Source: Phyllosticta citribraziliensis (Eukaryota). From it: a stretch of DNA of 64,000 bases. Positions within the stretch are counted from its first letter, which is position 1. Each line of letters opens with the position of its first letter. Below the pieces are notes generated by a model. It had not been told where the DNA came from. It was given only the letters and a program-made list of their open reading frames with translations, and made no database searches. The DNA is taken from the NCBI RefSeq assembly GCF_038025025.1, contig NW_027117340.1, positions 1-64,000 of the forward strand, read 5' to 3'. The position numbers were made by a program, and so were the translations under genes. Positions 37,623 through 48,953 of this stretch are shown here, in pieces.

Positions 37623-39626
37623 ATGAGCGACACTTTCAAAAGCAAAATCGTCTGGTGCATCATGCTTCTCGTCCTCTTACTTTCCGTCTTTTGGCAGCTT
37701 GGCTCGAGCCACTACGCTTCTCCTCCTGGGCCTGAAGTAGCTCTCCGGCAGGGCATCTACACGCCAAATACAAGTGTCGCCACCGTCGACCATTTTCTCT
37801 CTATCCCCTTTGCTGCTCCGCCTGTTGGCCAGCTTCGTTTCGCCAACCCGCAGCCGTACACGTCTGGATCGCCCAAGAAGCGCTTCAACGCTACGACGTA
37901 TGGTCCAGGATGCCCGCAAGGCAGGTCGGCGCCGCACTACAACGGATACTCCGAGGACTGTTTGACGCTTGATGTACTTCGGCCGGTGGGAGCCAGGAGC
38001 CGCCGCGCGAAGCTTCCAGTCCTGGTCTGGATCTATGGCGGGTCAGAGATTGCAGGACAGTCGCTTTTGTAAGTTGACGTCTCTTTGGGAGCATTCGTAC
38101 TGATTGCAAAGGTATAATGGAACCAAGCTCGTCCAATACTCGGCGTCGATAAACAAGCCCGTCCTGTTCGTCGCACTCAACTACCGCACCGGTGGCTTCG
38201 GCCTATCGGTCAACACTCTCTTCGCCGAAGAGGGCATCATGAACGTCGCAATCAAAGACCAGTACGCGGGACTGGAATGGGTGCATTCCAACATCGCGGC
38301 ATTCGGCGGAGACCCAAATAAAGTCGTCATCTTCGGCGAAAGTGCCGGGTCATTCAACGCGTGGATGCAGATGCGATATGCGGTGGTCAAGAAGGAGAGC
38401 GGGAGACTTTTCCAGGGCGCCATCGCGGAGAGTGGAGCGCCGGCCAGCCTTTTGCTCAAAGGTGAGCAGAAAGACTATTCGAAAACCGTGACTAATGAGA
38501 GTAGGACTGGAGCCTTCCAGTGGGGACGCGTATTTTCAGCAAACCCTCGACGCCACCGGGTGCGGTGATGCGGCGGACAAGCTTTCCTGTCTGCGTGACG
38601 TCCCATACGAGACTCTGACGCAGGTCTGGTTCGACTCGTCGTCTCCGCTAGAGCAAAACATTGACGACTACGGAAATTTGCAAGTTGGGTTTGGAATCGA
38701 CGGCCAACTGGTCAAGTCGGAGAACTACTGGGATCACGAAATCGCCCCCATCCCCTTGGTAAGGAGCTCGTTGGTCTGACGGATCGTGACTTACTCTCCT
38801 GTAGATTCACGGCACGAATCTCAACGAAGGATCCCTTGGGAATCGAGTATCTGCTGGAACTGCAGACAATCGCACCTATCTTGCCGGACTGGTGGCCAAG
38901 GACCTGAACACGACAAACGCTGACCTGATCGACCCCATTGTCGATACGTATTACAGCTACTCGGCATCCGAGAATGGCCGCGGATACAACGCCGACCCTT
39001 CGGCAGACAGCAGCTACTACGTCGGCGAAGCCGTGTATACGGACCTGGTCATGGACTTCCCGCGGCGCGTGTGGGTTGGACTGCACAGCAAGAAGGCGGC
39101 TACATGGAGCTACATTTGGAAGCAAGCACCGCCGCTGGCCACATTCCTGGACCCATGGTTCCCCTTCAAGGCAGGCGAAGTCGATGAGGGTACTTTAAGG
39201 CGACTGGGCGTGTCCCACGCGTCTGAGCTGGGATACGTGTATGGCACCGTGCGAGATACTGAGAACAGAACCAGGGGTGACGTCGCGCTCGCAAACACCG
39301 TGCAATCCATGTAAGCCGCCACCTCCACCATCGTGTCGATCCACTGACCTCCTCTAGGTGGATTTCTTTTGCGTACAGTCTGGATCCGAATAAGCACGGG
39401 CTGAAGGATGTTGCGGACTGGCAAAAGTACAATACCAACAGGGCCAAGGTGATGGCCTTCGAGAACCAGGGTCCTTATCGTCCGAGCATGCAGCCCGACT
39501 CTTTGCGGCTGGAAAGCTATGTGGGTCAAACTTCCCCCGCCATGATTTTGCTGACAGTCAAAGAACGCATACAAGTCCGCCAACGACGCGTTGAAGCTGC
39601 CCAAGTTCCCCACAATCCGCGTATAG
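37623..39626 (+). CDS. Type-B carboxylesterase/lipase
   Basis: N-terminal hydrophobic segment, IPFAAPPVGQLRF, SEDCLTLDV, FGGDP..V.IFGESAG and HASEL. Several introns; the 3' end is approximate. Confidence 0.88.
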
Positions 39627-39763
39627 CCAAACCACGTAGAATTGAAGCTCTTCCTCCAAATGCGTCCTGTGACTTATGTTTCCCTGATATCAGAGCCGGC
39701 CGAAAGAATAAGGAAATGATGATCTTGCATTGCATGTCAACCGCAGGGCTGTGAGACGCGGTT

Positions 39764-39836
39764 CGGTCGACTGTCGTCCGGTAGCAACCCCACCGGTTGC
39801 GCAACGCGGAGGACTGGGCCCCGCCGCAACCCCACC
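39764..39836. promoter_or_regulatory. Three Gal4-type CGG-N11-CCG sites overlapped by CreA-type SYGGRG sites
   Basis: CGGTCGACTGTCGTCCG (39764-39780), CGGTAGCAACCCCACCG (39779-39795) and CGGAGGACTGGGCCCCG (39807-39823). SYGGRG matches at 39788-39793, 39806-39811, 39819-39824 and 39830-39835. Confidence 0.7.
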
Positions 39837-40038
39837 ATTGCAGGGTTGCGCGTAGTGGTTGCTGGCGAGCTGCAAAGCTTCCAAGTACATGAAGCTTCCC
39901 GTCCGCTCACGCTGGTGGGTCGAGTCCGTCGTGTCCGTAGCATTTTCCCTGGCAGTACTTAACACAGTGGGATCCGAATACCTTCTCTGCACTTCCCTTG
40001 TTTGCCCTCCTCTACCACCGCAATTTATCACCGCAAAA

Positions 40039-41286
40039 ATGGTTCAACAAAATGGAGACGCCGTCCAAATCCCCAAGACGATGAAGGCAATCCGCTACAA
40101 CAAAGTGCAGGACTGGGCCTTGGTCGATCTGCCCGTGCCCGAGCCCAAGTCGCACGAAGTTCTGGTCAAACGTGCGCACCCAACTCTTCCTCTCGACCGA
40201 ACTGACAATTCGCAGTCAAGTCTTGCGGCATCTGCGGAACTGACCTGGAAATCCACAATGGCAACTTCGATTCGCGCATGCCGGTCGTCACGGGCCACGA
40301 GTCGTCGGGCATTGTCGTCAAAATCGGGAGCAGCGTCCAAGGCTTCAAAATCGGCGACAAAGTGACGGCTGACAACTCGGAGCTTTGTGGTCACTGCCAC
40401 TACTGCCGCCAGGGCAAGCCGCTGTACTGCGAAAACTTCCTGGCGCATGGCGTCCACCGTGAGTTTCCTTTCTTCTCTCAATTGGCACTGCTGACGGAGC
40501 AGTCAATGGCGGCTTCGCCGAGTACTGTGCTTTCCCCGGCGAGAAGCTGTTCCACTTCGAGAAGCTGTCGTGGGAAGAAGCGGCCATGTTCGAAGCCGCA
40601 TCATGTGCCGTCCACGGGCTAGACAAAATCCGCCCAGACCCCGGAGTGTCGATTCTCGTCATGGGAGCCGGGGCGACTGGACTCTGTCTGGCCCAACTGT
40701 TGAAGCAAAACGGCGGTGCCCACCTCGTCCTGGCGTCCAACGAGGGACCGAAGCTGGACCTGGCCAAGAAGCTCAACGTCGCCGACGAATACATTCCTCT
40801 GCGCCGCGGGAACGAAGTGGAGCAGGCTGCCCAGTGGTCCGACCTCAAGACTCGCTACCCGTACGGTTTCGACATTGTCGTTGAAGCTACTGGCGTTCAT
40901 AAGCTTCTTGAGACGGCGTTTGATCTCGTTACGCGTGGAGGGAAGCTCGTCTACTATGGAGTTTATCCCAAGGACGCGGTAGTGAAGTTGGCTCCGAGTA
41001 AGTCTGAAAAATCAGTGAAGTGCAAAGCTGACTCGACAAGGCCGCGTATTCGGCGACGAAATCACCATCATCGGGTAAGTTTTGTTCGTTCCAACTCTTC
41101 AAATGCTGACATGACAGGTCGTTTTCGGAGATGTTTTGTCTGTCCAGAGCCGTTCATTATCTCGAGACGCGCAAGGTCGATGTGCGAGGAATCGTTACGC
41201 ATACTTTCAAGTTGGAGCAGTTTGGCGAGGCTTTGGACGCGGTGAGGAACAAGACTTGTATCAAAGCCGCCATCGTGTATGATTGA
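40039..41286 (+). CDS. Zn-dependent polyol dehydrogenase (D-arabinitol/sorbitol dehydrogenase-like MDR)
   Basis: SCGICGTD, GHESSG, CGHCHYCRQGKPLYC, FEAASCAVHGLDKI and GAGATG motifs. Four introns; ends KAAIVYD*. Confidence 0.85.
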
Positions 41287-41369
41287 TTCGAACGTTCGAT
41301 AGATACAGATTGGAATACATGCCGATGTCCTGCGTTCAACCAGTCAGACATGAGTGAGACTGCGGAGGG

Positions 41370-41533
41370 GGAGCATTTCGGCCGCCCCTGAACGACTCAT
41401 CGAGTGAGTCTGTTGCTTACAATCGACTGCGCATGGAGCATTCCGGCACGCCCTGAACAGCTCATCAAGTGGGTGATGCTTACAATCGACCGCAGGGAGT
41501 GGTCCTTACGCCCTGCCCTGAACGGCTCATCGA
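41370..41533. repeat. Degenerate ~61-65 bp tandem repeat, about 2.5 copies
   Basis: Units start with GGAG at 41370, 41435 and 41496. Shared cores are CCCTGAAC..CTCATC (x3) and TGCTTACAATCGAC (x2). Confidence 0.8.
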
Positions 41534-41558
41534 CACCGCGTGACGCTTTTCCAAGACT

Positions 41559-41626
41559 CGGACTATAAAGGTCCGTCGATTTTTTGTCAACTTGGAGTGT
41601 GCGCGTTGACGGACGCCAGTCTCCCG
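41559..41626. promoter_or_regulatory. Two Gal4-type CGG-N11-CCG sites upstream of the sugar porter
   Basis: CGGACTATAAAGGTCCG (41559-41575) and CGGACGCCAGTCTCCCG (41610-41626). A CreA-type GCGGGG lies on the minus strand at ~41703-41708 and TATAAA at ~41830. Confidence 0.6.
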
Positions 41627-41889
41627 ATGGAAACACCCGAACCTTGTGCAGAAGAGGAGGCGATGGTAGAAGTAGATTTCGACTCCAGGTTTCGATGTCC
41701 AACCCCGCAAAACCCCATGGTCTTGGGGCTGGGCCCAACCAATTAAGACGGCCGAGTGCGGAGCATATCCCTGCGGCGGCTGTTTGCACGAGTCGCTGCG
41801 AATCTGGTGTGGAATCGAGGCCGGGTGTCTATAAAGCGTCTGGAGTGCTACAAGACGACACCAGAGACGGATTCAATCGTTCAGCAATC

Positions 41890-43999
41890 ATGGTTTCCGC
41901 ATCTGCCGTCGTCACCGGTGACAATGATATTTCCTACGGCCCAGCAGGTATGTGGATTGTACACTGACTGGACTTGGCTGATGCAATGCAGGATACAAAG
42001 GGCTCTTGTCCCAGAAATATGTCTTGGGCATGGCTTCCTTTGCCAGCATCGGCGGACTTTTATTTGGGTACGAAACAAACTCAACTCATCTTCGTCGTTG
42101 ACCGTCGACAGTTATGACCAAGGTGTCATTTCCGGAGTCTTGGTGATGCATAGTTTTGTAAGTCCAGCGGGTTGACTGGTTGCTCAAGACTGACCTCTGC
42201 AGGGCGACAAGTTTCCTGACTTGGCCAACGATCCTACCCTCCAAGGCTGGATGGTCTCTGTCCTCACCCTGGGCGCCATGGTGGGAGCATTCATCAATGG
42301 TCCGACTGCGGATAAGTTTTCCCGCCGGTGGTCTCTCCTGTTCGCCAACATTGTGTTTCTGGTGGGATCCATTATTCAAGCCGCCGCCCAGTCGACTGCA
42401 GAAATCTTCGTTGGCAGGTTCATTGCCGGTATATCCATCGGAATGTTGTCCATGGGAGTGCCCCTGTACCTCGGAGAACTCGCACCGCCCAACATTCGAG
42501 GGAGCCTGGTGGCTCTGCAGCAGCTGGCCATCACCATCGGCATCATGGTGGCCTTTTGGCTGGATTACGGTACGCAGTACATTGGGGGGACGGGTGAGGG
42601 ACAGCACGCCGTCGCTTGGAGGCTGCCGCTCGCCCTCCAATGTCTGCCTTCTCTCATCATGTTGGTTGCGATATTTTTCCTTCCATACTCTCCACGCTGG
42701 CTCGTGAATCGAGGCGAGTCAAGATCCTTGCTCCCGCGTAGCCATGTGTTGACTTGAACAGGTCGCAACGAGGAAGCTTTGGAGACGCTGTGCAGGCTGC
42801 GTCGCGTTGGACCGGAAGACCCTCGAGTCGCTGCGGAGCTGATGGAGATCAAAGTTGCAGCAACCTTTGACAGGGAAAGCCTCGCCGTGCGGTTTCCTGG
42901 CATCACTTCACCGGTCAAGCTTGCCTTGAGACAATACGCGGAGCTTTTTGTTGTCCGCCATTTGAACAGGCGCCTGATCATTGCGTGTCTGCTTCAAATC
43001 ATCCAGCAATTTACGGGAATCAGTACGTCCCCTATGCATTGGATCGCCTTGCCGTCCCCTATGCGTTGGAGAACCCTGCTGACTGTTCAGATGCCATCAT
43101 ATAGTTTGTGCTCCCTGCCAACACGTGGATGATCTGACTTTTGCAGTTATGCTCCGACGATTTTCAAAGACATTGGGCTTAGTGGCAACTCTGTGAGCCT
43201 CCTTGCGACGGGAGTCGTCGGGGTCATCAACTTCTTTTCGACGATCCCTGCCATCATGTACCTTGATAGGTAAGCAAGAATGTGTCGTCGCAAGAGGTCA
43301 CTAACAAATCAGATGGGGCCGCCGCGCGGTCCTTATCGTTGGTGGGGTCGGCATGAGCGTCGCGCAGCTCATTGTGGGGACCATGTATGCCGTGTACCAA
43401 CACAAGTGGGAGAGCAATCGAGGAGCCGGGTGGGCCACGGCCGTCTTCGTCTGGGTCTACATATCCAACTTTGCCTTTAGCATCGGTGGGTGCCGCGACA
43501 CGAATGCTCTTCGCGAGCCGAGCTGACGCAAATAGGATGCGTCAACTGGATAATGCCTTCGGAGATCTTCCCGCCGGGAGTGCGTTCAAAGGCGGTTGGA
43601 GTCGCGATTTCGACCAATTGGTTCTCCAACGTGAGCATCTCGCAGCGCGTACGAGACACGGGCTAAATGTCAACAGTTTATCGTTGCGCTCATCACTCCG
43701 CGCATGCTGCGAGCATGGAAATTTGGGACTTTTTACTTTTTCCTCGGTACGTGGCATCCTGATTCAAAAGCAAATCTGACGGGACAGTCTTTTGCGTGCT
43801 TCTGGTGGTCTGGGTGTGGTTCTTCGTGCCCGAGACAAAGGGGCGGCGGATCGAGGAGATGGACGACATTTTTGGCGGCAACTCGGGCGAGGCGGATATC
43901 CGCATGATGGAGGAGATTCGGGCCAGGTTGGAGGGCGGAAACACGACTGTTTTGGACGGCAAGACGGGCGCGAGTGCCGAGTACAGAGAGGAGGCATAG
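41890..43999 (+). CDS. MFS sugar porter (sugar/polyol:H+ symporter)
   Basis: FGYDQG, D.FSRR, GRFIAG, ELAPPNIRG, PYSPRWL, QQFTGINAIIYYAP and PETKG motifs. About 10 introns, including a 13-nt micro-exon at 43091-43103. Confidence 0.93.
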
Positions 44000-44197
44000 G
44001 CAGAGGTTCTGGACGGGTAACATGAGTCGATGGATTAAGATCCGGGGCAAAAGGGCCGACCGGGGTCGGGGATGATGGATGTTGGCGCGGCTTCTCCACG
44101 CGTTTGTCATGTTCCCCACAACCGCTTTTCTCAATCCATTGTCTCCACACCACCGTCTTCAAACCGCAAGCAGCCTCGCGCATGTCGTTCTTCTTTC

Positions 44198-46382
44198 ATG
44201 CAGCAGCCCCCTCTCGCCAGGCAGTCTTGTGGAAGGTGCTATGGAAAGAAGATCAAGGTCCGCTCCGGCTTTCCACTCTGTTTCACGTGATGTCTAACCA
44301 CAACTCCAGTGCTCGCGAGAGCTCCCTACTTGCACTCCGTGTCGTCGTGCCGGCGCGTCGTGCACGTACGAGAAGCGCCAGCGGACCCCGCTGACCCGGA
44401 AGTGAGCCGTCGACGCCACTCATCGCCCCGCGTGCTGATCTTTTAGGTACCTGACCGAGGTCGAGAACCAGCTCGCAGAGGCGCGCGCTCTGGTCCAGCG
44501 GTACTCGTCAGGAAGCGTGAATGGCAACAGCGTCGAGCCAGAGCCTACTCGACGCGACACCGTCGTTCAGGACGATGGCCCTTCGCCGTTTGGCTCCCCG
44601 CTCGATCGGGAAAACGAACCCAGCGAAGCCCGCCGACGTGCCATCCCCTTCAACCTTGAGTTGACTCCGGTGTCTTCTTCTGGGAATTTGGAGTGGGATG
44701 AACGCCTCATGTCGAGAAACAGCTTGCGTCGTGCCGATGGTATGGCCAACCTGCCCGAGGAGAACGAGGGCTATTTGGGTTAGTAATCATTCAACCTTTT
44801 GTCCCTTTGCTGATGAGAATAGGCATTGCTTGTGGAGCCAGCTTTCTCCACTTGACCGACCTGGGCCAGTTGGCTCATCCGTCAAACGGCGACAGCAGAG
44901 CCTCACCACCTGCGACGGGAGCACTGCCAATGCCTTTGCCTTCACAGCTCGACCAGTATCTGGACGACTATTTTGAACTATATCATCCCTCGTACCCCAT
45001 AATCCACGAACCGACATTCCGTGCAGAGTACATGGAAGTTGTTCCTCGTCCATCCGACAGTCTGTGGCACGTTCGTCTCTACGTCGTCGCGGCCCTGGGA
45101 GCATGTAGTTCCGGAAACGCACCGCTGGGGATGCACATTTCACTGTTCGAAATGGCCAAAAGCAAACTCGCAATCGACATGCTGGAAACTGGCAGCATGC
45201 TGCTCGTCCAGATCCTGGCGTTGATGGCCAACTACGTCCAGAAAGCCAAGTGAGCAGAGTCGAAATAGACAAAGAAACCTTGCTGACTTGATTCCGTCGG
45301 CAGCAAGCCAAACTCGGGGTACAACTATCTCGGTCTTGCCAAACGAATGGCAGTCGGCATCGGCCTCCACCGCGAGTATCCAGACTGGTCCGTCAAGCCG
45401 TGGCAAATCGAGATGCGAAGAAGAGTCTGGTGGTGTCTGGTCATTTTCGACGTGGGAGCATCGATTACCTTTTCACGCCCCATTGAGCTTCCAAACGGAG
45501 TCAACGTGGGCCTTCCTCGCAACTTTCGTGATTCAGTAAGTCCAATGGTTGCGTCAGGATGAACGCGTGCTAAATCCTGACAATCAGGACCTCACCAAGG
45601 CGACAAACAGCTTCCCAGCAGAAGCCCCCGAAACCACCGTCTACACCAACGTGCGCTACCAAGCCACATTCAACCTCGCCATCCAAAAGATCTACACGAT
45701 CCTCATGACGGGCATCTACCCACCGCCCGAGACGTTTGTCAAGTTGGACGACCAGACGATATGCGAATGGGTCAACAGCCTGCCGCCCTACTTCCAAGAA
45801 GGCGTCGTGCAGGCGCCCAAGTTCCGCCTCTGTCAAGCGATTCTGCAGTGGCGCTACCGCAACTTCCGCGTCGTCATCTTCAGACCGTACCTGATCCGGC
45901 AGATTCTGCAAAAGCGCGGCAACAGGGGGAATCAGGAGGCCGAAGACGGCGGCGCCGAAGCGGGCATCGACATCGCGGTGCAGCGATGTTTCCAGGCGGC
46001 GCGCGAGACGATCGCGCTCGTGTCCGACTTTTGGTACACGCAGCGTAAGAGCGCCATGGCGTGCTGGTACGGCATCTTCTTCGTGTTCCAGGCGGTGGTG
46101 ATACCGCTAATTGCGCTGCGCAACGAGCCCGAGTCGGAGCACGCCGACGACTGGGTCAAGCAGATCCAGCAGACCGTCGCGCTGCTCGAGGACATGGCCG
46201 CCATGAACTCGACGGCGTCGCGCTGTCTGCGCGTCATCCAGAGCGAGGCCAGCCCCAACACGCAGCTCAACCACTTCAATTCCCTGTTGTGGCCCTACGA
46301 TCCGGCGCAGTTGGAGGACGGCGAGCGCAACATTTCAGAGTACTTCACCCAGATGGCTGGGTTTCCGTGGGACATGTCATGA
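44198..46382 (+). CDS. Gal4-like Zn2Cys6 transcription factor with fungal middle homology region
   Basis: The spliced DNA-binding domain (introns 44258-44309 and 44402-44446) reads CGRCYGKKIKCSRELPTCTPCRRAGASCTYEKRQRTPLTRKYLTEVENQL. Also has YHPSYPIIHE and MAVGIGLHRE..EMRRRVWW. An alternative in-frame start lies at 44072. Confidence 0.9.
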
Positions 46383-47054
46383 CTGTTGGGCATCGGATTG
46401 GGGGGTAGAGGCCTCATGTAATGGTGTTGACGATAGTAGAACAGTAGTTGGGTCGAAAATAGAGTCCCAAGGCGACCGGACGTCTCAGCCAAAACCACCA
46501 AGCGAAGACGGACGTCGGCCTCGGCCTTTGCAAGATCCAAATAGACTCCAGTCTGCCGCCGTCAACCCGCTCCGTCCGGCGTCAATGCCGTCACGACAAG
46601 ACGCGCGCAACAAGACAAACGGCGCGGAAGCGAGTACGACAGTTGGCACCGTTGCGGGGCACATTACCAAGACGGCGATAATCTCTGTTCTAAGAATCGA
46701 GCCAAGCCGGTAGCCATCGGAAGCTCCAAACAGTCGCAGGGCGGCCTGGCCTTGTCTGGCCTGTCTGGGCTGCTGCCGCTGGGCTAGACTGCGGACGCCG
46801 GGCAGTGTCCACACCACACATCCATCTCCCTCTCCATCTATCTGCAACCTTGTTTCTCAGACCACAAAAGCTTAGCCGTCGTCCTTAAATATGTGGCTGC
46901 CGTGACTGTGGGGCACTTGGTCGAGGTGTGCGGCAACGTTTTCCTGTGTTGTAGAGTACAGTAGAGTAGCTAAAGCGAGCAAGCTTCAAAATGGAAAGCA
47001 TTCACATATTGATAAGTGGGACTGTTGCTGTTGTCTCTAATCTGCGCGCCGAAA

Positions 47055-48795
47055 ATGAAACCTCTCAGACCAGAACTCGCAATTCCCTTCCTCCTCAGCA
47101 CGCCGCCCTCGCAGGGCGCAACCATTGAAATCCCACGATCCGTACCGCGCAATGCGTCCGAGATACTGGACCGCTCGTACCTTGGACTGGGAATCGAGGG
47201 GCGGGACTTTTCAAACTACACTGGGAGCGCGGCGGCGCCGAATCGGTACTCGCTGAACATGTTTGCTACGTTCTACAACATTACGGGCGCCGAGACGTAC
47301 ATACGATTGGGAGGAACGACGACGTAAGTGATGTTTTTCTGTGTGGAGGTTTTCTGGGGACGAGAGGAGTAACGAGAGCAGCGACAATTTCCTCTACGAC
47401 CCCAATCAAGTCGAGGCCATCACAACAACGCAGCCCGAACTGGCCAATGACGAACGGTCAGAGCGGCGGTTGCATGCGCCCTTCACCATCGGCAAGGCCT
47501 GGCTCGACGGACTCACCTTGATTCCCAATGTGAAATGGGACTTTCAGCTCGCGCTGGCGCGCAACAACTTGTCGAACATGGTGCTGTTTGCGCGGGACAG
47601 CCTCGCGGCCATGGGAAACTCGTTCCACAGTTTTGAGATTGGGAATGAGCCGGATTTGTACAATGCTACGGGTCCGGCGGAGGGTGTGAATGACAGGGCG
47701 GATTCATATCGTCCGCAGGGTTACGTCGAGGAGTATAATCAGTGGACAGAGAGGATTGCGAGAGATGTTGGACTGGGCGGACCACAGTTTCAAGCATTGG
47801 CTCTGTCGAATTTCGCGGCGGATCCCTGGAGCGAGTGAGTATTGCCTTTGGTCGTAGATGGAGCTGACGGGTCAGGGAAACGGCATTGAATGCTGGACTT
47901 TCGAAAGAGAGGACAAAGACGGTGTCTGAGCATTAGTAAGTACGAGATTCGAGGACTGCCAAATCTGACCACGTCAGCTATCAATCGCGATCCGGGCGAA
48001 GCTTGCAAGGGACGTTGATGAACCACCGCGAGACAGTATCGCAGTCGAATCGGCGGTTCAAGGACAGGATCCAATACATGAAAAGAGCGCACCCCGACGT
48101 CCCGTTCATTATTGGCGAAGCCGCTGCGAATTTGGGCAATGGGAGCGGTATTCCGGACTTCGACTTGGCTTCCAGCCTGGGGACTGCGCTCTGGACGATT
48201 GATTGGATTCTCTACACCATGACATTGGTGCGTGAATGGGCCCGGTGTGAGGTCTTGCTGACAGCAACAGGGCGCGAGACGAGTCAACATGCAACTCGGG
48301 ACCAAATTTGCCTTTTCGCCATGGCAGCCGATCGAAACGACGCTCAACAACCAGCGACGCCCAGCGCAGACTCTTGGGAGCTTTTATGGAAACGTGTTTG
48401 TGGCCGAGTTGATTGGGAAGCAAAGGGACCTGCAGGTGGCGGAATTCGGGTCTGGGGATCAGGATGTCGTCGGGTACGGCGCGTACAGCTCAGGGAGGCT
48501 AACCAAGGTTGCCCTCGTCGATCTGCAGCTGTGGAGGCGGTCGTTCATGACGCCACGGCCAAACGTCACCGTGACTTTGACGGGTCTGGAGGACGGGCGG
48601 GTGACGGTAGAGAGGCTGACGGGGCCGGATGGGGGCGCGCAGGCGGAGGAAATAACTTGGGGCGGGCGGCAGTGGACTGCGCAGAGCGAGGGGTTGCCCG
48701 TGGCGGTGAGAAGCGACACGGGGGATGTGGAGGTCAAGGGTGGATCGGTCGAGGTGGTGATTCAAGCGTCTGAAGCGCTGCTGTTGTCTTTTTGA
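47055..48795 (+). CDS. Glycoside hydrolase family 79 (beta-glucuronidase-like), probably secreted
   Basis: IRLGGTT, the acid/base motif FEIGNEPDLY, IIGE, SLGTALWTIDW and RVNMQLG. Four introns. Confidence 0.85.
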
Positions 48796-48953
48796 TGGGT
48801 GGTTGCTCCGGCGACAGGCCCTGTTCCGGGCCATGTTCGGTAGAAATTGATGGCGGCACAGTTCCAGCCACCTAAGTACATCCATCCATGTACATGGTAC
48901 ACATACCTAGATCCGTCTTCACTTTTCGCCATCATCCGGCATCATCGCTCAAC

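Noticed and set aside
43026..43070. 18-bp near-perfect direct repeat inside a transporter intron
   Set aside because: Two copies only; most simply a neutral micro-duplication.
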